A stretch of 64,000 bases of DNA, taken from assembly GCA_021613535.1 (NCBI GenBank), contig CP075494.1, positions 5,828,001-5,892,000 on the forward strand. The letters run 5' to 3'. The number at the start of each line of letters is the position of its first letter. Within the stretch, counting starts at the first letter, position 1. This DNA is from Adineta vaga (Eukaryota; Animalia; Rotifera). This document shows positions 11,619 to 22,530 of this stretch, piece after piece. Position numbers and translations under genes: made by a program. Under the pieces are notes generated by a model. That model did no database searches, was not told the DNA's origin, and saw only the letters and a program-made list of their open reading frames with translations.

Positions 11619-13727
11619 ACAATCTCGTTGTTTTTTTTCTTTCTTTGTCTATGAATAAAAATACGATGATTTGTTGTTGTTGCTAAACATCATGAAAGAT
11701 AATCTATATCTATTTGATTTATGAATTTAAGAAGGATATGATGTTTTGCTCAAGTCAAACTAAATGATATTGTCGACTTAAGCATAATCGGATAAGAATA
11801 ATTATATTTAATGAAAAGATTATTTACAACAACGAAAGAAAATAGAGATAATAATCTTTTGAATGTATCATTACCATTTTTTTTTCGGGAAAATTAATAT
11901 TTTTCAATTTTGCACATTTCATATGCATTGCATTTCTTATAACATTCTCTATCACACATATTAAATCTTGATAGCTAGTCAATATGTGTATATAAAGAAG
12001 AACAGGAAACAGTAAACATTGATATTTGTCTATTCAATCATCGATCATATTTTCTTTAAAAATCATTTTCTAAACGGAACTAGTTCAATGATGCTAATCG
12101 AGTCGGAAAAGAATTGGGCTCAAATTACATGTAATTATTTATCGAATCATTTATTAATAATTTCTTTACTAAGCGTCACAACAAGATCTAAGATCTGTTC
12201 TCTTAAAACATGAATAAATGGAGACTTCTCTAAAAGGAATAAATAGAAAGATTTGTTTCTAAATTTACGATATTAATAGATAAACATACCATTAAAAAGG
12301 TGACAGGCCGTAATCAAATTGACATTGGTGATAACAGGTTTTTTCAAGTGGGATAATGAATGAGGTAGAGAACACGTAGCAAAAAGATGTCCTTGAAGAG
12401 CAAGAGATCCTACTCGATCATAAATTCTGGGTAATATATTCATACAAAATCAAGTGAGGATTACTTCATTTTTTGAATCATTCATTCGATTTAATTCGAT
12501 ACTCATGAGATCCACAAATCGAGTAGATGCATTTGAAGAAATATGGAATGGTCTTTAGACAGTATTGTTGTTGTTAAACATCACCAAAAGATCGTGTAGT
12601 TAATCGAATAGTTGTCTGTCATCATACATTATATAAGTTCATGAACTTATATGAACAATGACAATTATACTATACAACCTCAATTTAAAAGTTTGTCCTG
12701 GAATGACTTATTTTCTCAAACAAACAATATATCATTGTGCCAATATTTACATTCAAATCAATTAAACTCTGGAAAGTTCGAAAAAAGGTTTCATATCGAT
12801 GATTATATAACTCTATGAGAAAAAAATTATGGACAAAAATATATATTTTATTTTTCAGTTTAACTAGTTGTAGGAAAACTTAATATTCTAATGAGAAAGA
12901 GTTTGCTCACAACCTGGAAAAAAAACAATTTTGAAAAAAGTCGTCAATTTTGTTTTTCTTTAAGTGATTATTCAATTAAAATAGATGTACACATTCCGTT
13001 TTTGAACTCTGTAAATCAACAAAGTCTAGCTGTAAGTGTTTGTAGTATACATATATGTATTTGTCAATCGAATCAATGATTGTTTGTACTTTTTCTTCAT
13101 GAAATCTTTTCCATTGCTTTTGTTTGTCAAGGTCGATTCAATTCATTATTATATCATCCTGTTGTTTTCACAGGATTGTAGACTGAGCAAAGTTCTATTC
13201 TTCTGTTGTCTTTAAATCAAGTTATTTCAAAGACTTCTCTCTTTCTCTTTCTCTTTTTCTCTATTCTTTAACTATTTTCATTTCACTAGAGGGACGTCAC
13301 GCAATTATTATCGTCGTTTGTAAAATTGAACAAAATAAAACGACGTAGTACGAGATTCGAATACATTCCTTTTCTGTAATAACTGAATTCGATTAATTTT
13401 CTTCTCAATAGGATGCTTTCTATGAACTATTTTTCTTACGAATAAATACTTTCGTACATATTTTTTTCTCTTCGCTACATGAAATTAGTCGAGTTGTGAG
13501 GTGTATCATGACATTAGTGAAATATATACCGGAAAAACACCGAGAGAGAGAGAGAGACAGAGTTATTATAAGGAAGTAGAGCAATACAAGTCAATCATCT
13601 CGTCCGACTGTTAAGAGAAAGAAAGGTAGAAGAAAAGAAAAAGTCACATACGACACGCATTGAAATCATTTCATGATTGATCGATAAACGTTTAACGTAT
13701 TCTGTTTTTCTTTTTCAACAGATTATA

Positions 13728-14760
13728 ATGTTTGCCGAAAAACCTGTATTTCCAACATCAAAATTTTGTTTACCACCAATTGGTCAATCTGTTCGACGAA
13801 AACCTCCAACTCCACCAACACCCTCTTCTGTATTAACTGATAGTACTAATACTTATCTTACTGATAATCTAACTGAATTAAAAACTAAATATTCCGATTA
13901 TACTACATGGCTTAAAACATCTACTCGACATAGTCGTGGACCAGTTGTAACTCAAGCTTTATTAAAAAACTCCCTTTGTCAAATGGGTATTGATTTAGCT
14001 AAAGCTGAACAACTTGTTTCGACATGTTCTTGGTATGTATATCAATTTCAAAAAGAATTAAAAAATGACTCCAGACAAAAAGATCCATTAACGACATTAG
14101 AAAGTAAAAAAACACATTCAAATAACACTAAATCAAAGAAACTTCCGTCAAGAAAATTTAATGCCGATGATTCTTTGTCAACAATAGCTTCATCGGACAA
14201 AGGTAAATCGCTTAAGGAGAGAAAAAAACTAATAGAATCAATGAATAATCGTTTTTCTAGATGATTCTTTACCATCGAATACACTTAATTCCATGCGTAA
14301 TAATCAGTTTGTATTACCTGCAATTCATGTTTCTGATTTATCAACAAATTCACGTTATCGACATGTAGATTTTCATTCGGAACAAGCACCCAGTCGTATT
14401 TCCAATCCTCCATCTACTCATTGGCGCTCTGCATTAGTGAAAACACGAATTTTATCGAAACTTCAACCACTCTCACGGAAATCTTCAAATAATAACTCTC
14501 CTCTTGATATGCATTCGAACAATTTTCATCGAGGTTTAGCTGCTGGTCATACACGTTCTATTCTTCGTAAACAAACGAGTTCTTCATCATCGATTGCATC
14601 CACGGATATTACTAGTCGAAAAATAGGCAGTCGAATCTTGACACCTTCATCCACGATAGCCGATGATGTACCTTTAGGTACTCGTTCTAAACGTTTATTC
14701 GGTGGAAGCGACTGTTTTGCTCAGATAATGAATGAACTTGAACAGCATACTGACTATTAA
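13728..14760 (+). CDS. Ser/Thr/basic-rich hypothetical protein, 2 exons (13728-14202, 14261-14760)
   Basis: GT-AG intron 14203-14260 joins two long ORFs in frame. Acceptor TTTTCAACAG just upstream of the ATG. No recognisable domain. Confidence 0.7.
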
Positions 14761-15565
14761 CTATTTGTTTGTATAATAGATTTTTATGTTGAAAAACTTT
14801 CTTTTTCTTTCAATTACAATAATAATATTGAATAAGTGCTTATGACCATGAAAATAAGTATTAAATATTTTTTTTCCTTTTTTTGAAGGCAACTAAGTAT
14901 ACGCACCTTAAGTGGCACCATTACGAGCCGAGATAAAGTCATTGCTACATATATTCATTATATATGAAAGATAATTCCTTCGAATTAGGTACATAAAAAT
15001 GTTAAGTTAGTTATTTTTTGGATTCGTTGTGAATCCTTGAAAAAGCCATGTCGTGTTTTCTACCTACATGTTTAACTACAATTAGTTAGTATTTTGATTA
15101 ACAAATAGTAAAATTCAAGGACGTATGTCCGTAGAGAGAATGTTTGAAGTGCTCATATTAATAAAGCCTTTGAAGTATTACAGAATGATTGTTGCCCTTC
15201 GAAACTGATTCTCTTCTGTCAGGAATTTTGTTTGTCAATGATTGATGGTAGTATTCGAAAAAGAAAATGTTTTAACGGATTAAAAACATCGAATAAAAAA
15301 TATTCGTCAAAAATCAAGTGGAGAGGAATGTTTAGAATATAATCACAAGCTAAAAAGTAAATAGAAAGAGTTATAAAATCAATCATATATATATATGGAA
15401 TAAAAAATTTGCATACGACGAAAGAAAAAAAAAGACATGTTATAAGAAATGTTATTGTCATGGCGCATCAGTGTGAACTGTAGAAATGAGATTTTCTTTA
15501 ATTATTTTTATTTATAAATACAAAATATAATTTTCTATAGAAAAATACGTCCTCGAAAGTTTGTT

Positions 15566-15988
15566 TTATGATAAAACTTTTTTCAATGAACCATTTTGAT
15601 GAGAAATATTCAATTCAAATAATGAACCAAAAAATAATTGATCAATAAAGATATATGGGCTCTGTGAAATATAGGAAAATGCCTGTTTTTTGTTTATATA
15701 AAAATCACTTTTTCTGTACCTTTCGACGATCAGTGTAACAAATATATTGAAAATAGTTTTCTAATTGAATACAATCTTGTCGTTTTTCTATGTCAACATA
15801 TTCATAAATACCTAAAAGATTGAATAGAAACGAATAAAAAGCATTGGATGCAAGTTACTTTTAGGTAGAGAATATTGGTCGAGAATTTCTTTGGCTTTTT
15901 GTGAATCAGGATCGTTCGATTTGGCAAACATCATTATCCGACGAGCTTGAAGTTTAGCATCGACATATGCTTTGGTTGCGCCGGACAT
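15566..15988 (-). CDS. Glutaredoxin-fold protein lacking active-site cysteines, 105 aa; exons 15988-15859, 15811-15720, 15661-15566
   Basis: Spliced translation MSGATKAYVDAKLQARRIMMFAKSNDPDSQKAKEILDQYSLPKSIYEYVDIEKRQDCIQLENYFQYICYTDRRKSPYIFIDQLFFGSLFELNISHQNGSLKKVLS aligns end to end with Grx1/Grx2. Introns of 47 and 58 nt keep frame. Not in the ORF track. Confidence 0.85.
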
Positions 15989-16071
15989 TTAGAAACTCGA
16001 AAGATATCTAGAAAAACGAAAAGAGAAAATAGAATTTATTCAATGAAGACAAAAGAAAAGGTGAAAAGAAA

Positions 16072-19000
16072 TTAATTGGAATCTTTGACACGTGATGTCG
16101 GTCGTTGATCTAAAGATATACAAAATGACGAAATGAAGATAAGTTTAAATGAAAACGAACTTGCTGGTCGAAGACTTGAACCAGCACGTGTTTTTTCGGA
16201 TGCACTCGGGACAGGTTGTTGCTGCTGCTGTTGTTGTTGTTGATCGAGGAGAAGTTTATTTTCGTATTCTTTGATTTGTTGAAAACGATAGGATGGATTC
16301 TTTTGGAAAAGTAACAATTCCAATGATTGATACGCAGGAGAACTTTTCGGTATGTCTTCCATATCCTAAAATATCGAGAAAAAAATTAGTACCGTCAACA
16401 TATTCTTCACTTTTAATGGACTGATTGTAATTGTACTCGTACTCTCTCTTATAATTATGTCAAAATGTACCTATATACCTTAAGTTCAAGTCGACAAAGG
16501 CCGGAAAAATCAATTAATGATGCATAAATTGTTTCATTAAATTGTGTTATTGTCGTTTGATATTGAACAGAAAGAAGAAATTCATTAACCGTTATTAGAG
16601 TTAAATGATTTCCTGAAGAATACAAACAAAATTTCTTTTTATAAATACAAAAAAATATAGAAAATTATTTACGAGATAAATTTAAGTTCAATAGAGCAAA
16701 ATTTCCTTTTAAAATTATTTCACCATTTGGAATTTGATTTTCATTCCTTTCTAGTAATGGATTTTCACGTTCAGCACGTTGTATCATAGGAATTTGTAAC
16801 TGAAAAGAAAATAAATCCGAAGATTCTTCATAAAAATCGCTTTTTTGTTTTGGACAAATACTTTGGCTGAAGATGATCCTAATGATGGATGGCCCTAAAA
16901 ACGAAAGACATCAATAGATTTTGATAAAAAGAACAGATAATTAAAGCAATAAAGTGTGCAAGATTGAAGCATTGATATGAAGATCAGTAAATTTATATGT
17001 ATATATGACAAAGCGATTATACTATTGGATATTTGGCGTTAATTAATAGATGAAGAAATAAATTATTAGAGGTACAGCCACTTACCATTGTCGGAGAGAA
17101 AAGAAATCAACGATCTATCGGATGGTGTTAATTTTATATGTGTTCAATTCTAATCGAACGTCAAGAAATAGAATGAGATAGAAACTGACTGGTCTTCAAT
17201 GTTGACAAATAAACGATAATATTTGATCGAGATCTAATCTCCTCAAGTGTGAAGTAATTTAGCCAGCTAATCTCTTATTTTCTAATCAGAGTTTTGTTCA
17301 TTTACGTGAATTACTTTTTCATAGATATCTTCATCGTCCTTTACGGGTGCAATATTTTTCTTCGATGCACTATTCACACTTGATGAAGATTTCTTGCTAC
17401 GAGTCGTGACCGATGTTCGTGTTCCATCTATTTTGACACAAATGATATGTGTATTACAAAGTAAATCGATATCGACATACCAGCTACTGAAGATCGAACA
17501 TTCGTGGATGTTGATCGTGCATTTGCTCCTTTCTTTTGATCATTCTTTGTCGTCGATGATGGGTGATTTTCATCTTCAAATATGAATTTTGATTTATAAA
17601 AATGAATGATTAAATAATCGTTTTTTTACCATTAGATTCTGTGCGATGACGTTTTTCCTAAAATTATAGATAATCTTGGATATCTAGATAAGAGAAGATA
17701 TTCTGGAAAGTACTGTAGTTTTGGTTGAAGTAGTTTTTCGATTTTTATTCGAATCTAATATTCGTCGTAAATCTCGAGCTGATCGACTTTTTGTTGATGT
17801 TGTTGATGGAGTTGGTGATGGTGCCTAGAAATCGTATCATTCAATCCTTATTTCAAATTATTATGAATTCCATACATAAAGTCTTAAATCATGTCCATGA
17901 ACATCTCCATATCGTTCCGAGAATAAATATCTTCGTTGAATAATTTCTTCATGTGTTAAACTAATATTTCGTAAAATCTAAATAATATTCAATTAAAATT
18001 TATTCTACAAAATACTATTTGATTAGATTCGATAGAATATATACAAAAAACATTTACTATCAAATCCAATCACTAGACAATTAGATACATTAATGCGGAT
18101 TACGATATAGATATATATATATATGTATACATAAAAAACCTACCCCTATTTATATCTAAATAGATAGTATGATGAATCTTTTCATGTAAAAGAAAATCTA
18201 ATTCAATTCTATACTTACCAATGCTAATGCACAAGCACCTGTATCAGTAATACAATTTGAGGAAAGATTAAGAGATATCAATGTTCGATTGTATCGCAAT
18301 GCCTGTAAAAACGAAAATAGGTATACAACGAAGAAAATATTAATTGATTTTACTTTTGCAAATGACGTAGCACCATGATCACCAATTTGATTACCGGTTA
18401 AGGTTAAGGTTAATAATTTGCAATTTTGATTATACATTGTTCCAAGAGCATTAGCAAGACGCTCACTACCTCTATCACCAATTTCACAAAAACGTAGAGA
18501 AAGATGAACAATTCTATATGAATAAAATAAGTATATATATATATATATATGTGGGACGATTTCAAACGCAATGAAATTTTCTACTTTGAATCATGTTTTT
18601 CAATCAAACTATGAAAATGTTCTGCTGCTAGAGGATTTCCATCCAATGAAACAGTTCTAATAAGATACAATAACTTCAATTAGTAAAGTTAACAATGAAA
18701 ATTATTTACTTTAAATTTTTAATCATTTGACAAACGTCAGCAAATCCATAGATAGTTTGCGCATTTAATCCAACAAAACAGAAACTATTTTTAATATTGA
18801 AAATCTTCAAACATATATTCATTAACTAAAAACTTACTCAAGTGTTTGTAGTTGTTCTTGTAAAGGAAGAATTTTTTTCAAAATGTCAATAAATCTTTGA
18901 TCAAGTTGCCATGCTAAATCAAATCGATATAATCTTACAGATCAAAATAGTGAAAACAAATACCTCGCATATACAAAGCTTTTATTTGATCGAGTGGATC

Positions 19001-19548
19001 ATTTTCATGACCGATAGGATCAGCTAAGAATTTTGGACGATAGAAATCACTATTTGGTACGAGATGAAATGTTCGATAAGATGATGATGAGGATTTCACG
19101 GATTCACGTCCTGTAAAGATACTATGTGATCGAATATCAGTTTCTGCATTAATCACAGTTCCATTAAGTGATGGAATTCGGCTTGTTGATGGAAGTTTAA
19201 CTGAAGAGGAGAATTGCTCTTCACCACCAGTCAGTGATGGAGCAACAGATGCACCTGAGTATGTACCTAATTGTTGCAAAGATGACGATGGATGATTGCG
19301 ATTATACACCGGAATATTAAGAAGTGGAGAAGTTGATGATAATTCTCGACAACAAAGTTCTAAATCAGCAGCAAATCTACCAAGACATTGATAATTTTCT
19401 ATAAAGAAAATATTGATATAATAGATATGTTGAGAAAAAAGTAAATTAAATAACCTTGATCTTCTGCTGCAGCAGCAGTAGCAGCAGCAGTTGTAAGTTG
19501 TGATAGGCGTCGATTTTTATTAGAATTGTCGGTTCGTTTCGGACCCAT
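16072..19548 (-). CDS. LRRC71: Leucine-rich repeat-containing protein 71-like, multi-exon
   Basis: YQCLGRFAADLELC, IKALYMRG-W, TVSLDGNPL, HLSLRFCEIGDRG, ALRYNRTLISLNLSSNCITDTGA, LTHEEIIQRR and ENPLLE match LRRC71 as I recall it. Confidence 0.8.
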
Positions 19549-19644
19549 TGTTCATGAATTAGATTAAAAATCACGAGAGAATCTTAAAGAAATCGTACAA
19601 TTTTAACACCATTTCAACTTTATTCTGCTTCGAAACACCTCCGT

Positions 19645-19658
19645 GTCACTATGACAGA
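19645..19658. promoter_or_regulatory. Possible degenerate RFX X-box upstream of LRRC71
   Basis: GTCACTATGACAGA, about 97 bp upstream of the LRRC71 ATG. Only one half-site matches well. Confidence 0.3.
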
Positions 19659-19840
19659 AGAATCAGATGGCGCTCGATGATGAACTACAGAACAATGTAT
19701 ATTAATGAATTGCTTGAGAATGGTTGAAAAGATAGTGACTCAACGCCTACTTTATTCGGAATTTATTTATTTTAATAATCGAAATAATCTGTCAACATTA
19801 AACAGACAATAAAAAATACGTGTCATTTTTATTGTTTCAA

Positions 19841-20734
19841 ATGTCTCATATTTTAACATTAAAAGATTATGCTGCATTGATTAATCTTCAGCCATTACCC
19901 TTACAAAGATCCAGTAAAAAAATCAAATATGATTCTATTATTCGTGAACTTGTTGAATATTTTAGTGGACCTAATAGTCCGTATTCGAAAGATTCAATTG
20001 AACAACAACGATCTTATATTCGTCATTGTCTCACTATTCGTGAACCTTCACTCGAATATCGATATCCTACGCATATCTACGATTTAATAGATCAAATGCT
20101 TACATTTGAACGAGACCATAAAAAATCTCTTACATTTGCAAGTAATCTTCCTATACGATACGAATCTTTGCCACATATTCGTATATGGCGTGGAGATATC
20201 ACAACTCTGATCGTTGATGCCATTGTCAATGCAGCTAATGGTGGACTTCTAGGTTGTTTTCAACCTACGCATTTATGTATTGATAATATCATACACGCTG
20301 CTGCTGGTCCACATCTAAGAGATGATTGTTATACGATCATGCAAAAACAAGGACGACCAGAGCCAGTTGGTCATGCCAAAATCACCATTGGTTATAATCT
20401 ACCATCGAAATATGTCATACATACGGTTGGTCCTCAGTTACTTTATGGAGCTCGTGTTACAGAAGATGACGCTCGTCAATTAGCTTCGTGTTATGAATCT
20501 TGTTTAAATTTAGCAACAGAAATCGATACTATAACATCAATAGCATTCTGTTGTATTTCAACAGGATTATTTGCTTTTCCAGCTGATCATGCATGCCATA
20601 TAGCAATACAAACGGTTACAGATTGGTTTCGACAACGCGGTTCAAATACAAAACTATCTTTAGTTGTTTTTGATGTTTTTAGTGCAGAAGATGAACAACG
20701 ATATATTGAAAAATTAAACAATTTTTGTAAATAA
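19841..20734 (+). CDS. Zinc-type macrodomain protein-ADP-ribose hydrolase (Zn-Macro), intronless
   Basis: WRGDIT, DAIVNAAN, Cx4HxC loop CFQPTHLC, IHAAAGP, YVIHTVGP, AFCCISTGLFAFP. N-terminal helical extension containing R..LTIREP. Confidence 0.9.
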   Translation: MSHILTLKDYAALINLQPLPLQRSSKKIKYDSIIRELVEYFSGPNSPYSKDSIEQQRSYIRHCLTIREPSLEYRYPTHIYDLIDQMLTFERDHKKSLTFASNLPIRYESLPHIRIWRGDITTLIVDAIVNAANGGLLGCFQPTHLCIDNIIHAAAGPHLRDDCYTIMQKQGRPEPVGHAKITIGYNLPSKYVIHTVGPQLLYGARVTEDDARQLASCYESCLNLATEIDTITSIAFCCISTGLFAFPADHACHIAIQTVTDWFRQRGSNTKLSLVVFDVFSAEDEQRYIEKLNNFCK

Positions 20735-21080
20735 AAATTTTTCTTTCGAAAATAAACGTATTTACGCTCAATAATTGTAACGATCGTTTTCTTTCCTAAA
20801 ATATTTCTTATAATTAAATTCTTGTAAACCATACAAAAACAAATCAATTCATTATTCTCATAAGATTACTATTCGAAAATCTTTTTTGTACTCGTACACT
20901 CAACATAATTAGAATCTTTTGAAGACTTCATCAGCTAACGTAACTATGGTATATACAAGGTAAAAGACACAAGAACAAATCGTTCGATTTAATAATCTCG
21001 TTTTGACAATAGTAGAATGAAACTACTTCTGCAGATAAGGACTATATATGTGTAATATTTTATGATTATTCGGATTTCTC

Positions 21081-21147
21081 CATAGGCGGCGGAACGCCTA
21101 GACTGGGTAAGGCTCAAGCGTCATTCGCAAAAGTTCCACCGCCCCTG
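21081..21147. mobile_element. Tiny GC-rich MITE-like relic with terminal inverted repeats
   Basis: GGCGGCGGAAC (21085-21095) pairs with GTTCCACCGCC (21133-21143) at 10/11. The right end reads CAGGGGCGGTGGAAC on the minus strand. GC-rich patch in AT-rich DNA. Confidence 0.45.
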
Positions 21148-21615
21148 ATTGGAAATCATCATTTTATTAATATCAATGGCATTAAGATTTCAAAAGCAGT
21201 CTATGATATATCTGTTTAGAGTATTATGTTGCATTGATCTATGTTGTTAATATGAATATAATAGAAATCCAGGTCAATCAAAACGATTACTATATAGTTA
21301 TGTACGAAATTAGAATGAATTATATTATTGTGTCCATTATTACAGCCAGTATATGATCCGTTTTGATCTCGTAAAGGACCATATACGGACCGTATCGTTT
21401 GATCCGGAAAGTATTACATTGATAACAATTATTTTAATTAAATTAATATTCGTTTTGTAAAAATTTCTTTATTGATAAGCTCCGTTATGATTTGATAAAA
21501 GAAATATCACTTCCATAACTCATTCGACTTTATTATGAAAGACACATAAAAACAGCTAATTTTTACAAAATTTTCTTACGATATCCTATGTAAATAATCA
21601 TTAGCACAAATTCAT

Positions 21616-22530
21616 TTAAGCAAATGATGATTCTGAATTATATTGCTTTGCTTTTATCGTATCCTTTGAATCCAGATCAACAAAAGTTGCATAAATATCT
21701 GTTTGTAAATGTTTCTGAAAATGATTCTCATGAAATTGATCAAGCATTTCACGATTTAATGGACCATAGACATAACTGTTCGTTCGATGTAATGCATATA
21801 GATTTTTTGCACCAAGAGTTTTTTCGACATATGGAAGAAGATCTTTTTGTGCTGCACGATCAGTCCAATAAGCAGTATATTCAAAAATAACATGTTGAAT
21901 ACGTTTATCACGAAAGAGATTTTGTGCCGAACGAAGTACATTTAATTCAAAACCTTCAACATCAATTTTTAAAAGCAAAATTTTTGAATTCGATGGCCAA
22001 GAAACATCATCGAGACGAATTGTTGAAACGGTTAATGTTCCATTGGAAGCGGTCGTACTTCCACCAGCAATACTAAATGTTAAATTAGAATTCGATGGTA
22101 AATCATTCACAGCTTTATTTAAGAGACGAACATGAGATGAAGAAAAATTATTGACGGTAATCGATGTTTGAATTATGTCAATCATATTTGGTTGTACTTC
22201 AAATAAATATACTTGACAACCACATGCAGCTGCATACAATCCAAAATCACCTAAATATGCACCAACATCGACGACGAGAAGTGATGGATCTTCTTTACAT
22301 CTTTCGATTAATCGAAGATGTTCAACAACTGTTGCTTGAGCTCGATCACCATCAGCATATGGTTTGTTTCCATCAAAAGTCGCTAATAGATATGATGGCT
22401 TTCGATCATTCATATTGATTACTTTATATGTTAATTTAGATGATTTAATAATAGTAAAAAGAACTTGTGTCGAATCAGTTGACATGGAATAATACACAGA
22501 AATCATTCCAATGAACAATATAAATAACAT
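21616..22530 (-). CDS. FkbM-family (Methyltransf_21) SAM-dependent methyltransferase with N-terminal signal/anchor, intronless
   Basis: VVDVGAYLG, FEVQP, TIRLDD, LLKIDVEGFE, VIFEY. Hydrophobic N-terminus. First in-frame ATG at 22530. Confidence 0.85.
   Translation of the reverse strand: MLFILFIGMISVYYSMSTDSTQVLFTIIKSSKLTYKVINMNDRKPSYLLATFDGNKPYADGDRAQATVVEHLRLIERCKEDPSLLVVDVGAYLGDFGLYAAACGCQVYLFEVQPNMIDIIQTSITVNNFSSSHVRLLNKAVNDLPSNSNLTFSIAGGSTTASNGTLTVSTIRLDDVSWPSNSKILLLKIDVEGFELNVLRSAQNLFRDKRIQHVIFEYTAYWTDRAAQKDLLPYVEKTLGAKNLYALHRTNSYVYGPLNREMLDQFHENHFQKHLQTDIYATFVDLDSKDTIKAKQYNSESSFA

Noticed and set aside
17086-17233. Two possible alternative micro-exons inside an LRRC71 intron
   Set aside because: They have plausible splice sites but total 73 nt and would shift the frame. 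The flanking exons already join in phase 0. Cannot be supported without RNA data.
19841-22530. Using lack of introns alone as evidence for HGT
   Set aside because: Clearly native genes here (EDF1, CNEP1R1, the GPCR) also have intronless coding regions. The HGT calls rest on family distribution and need phylogenetic testing.
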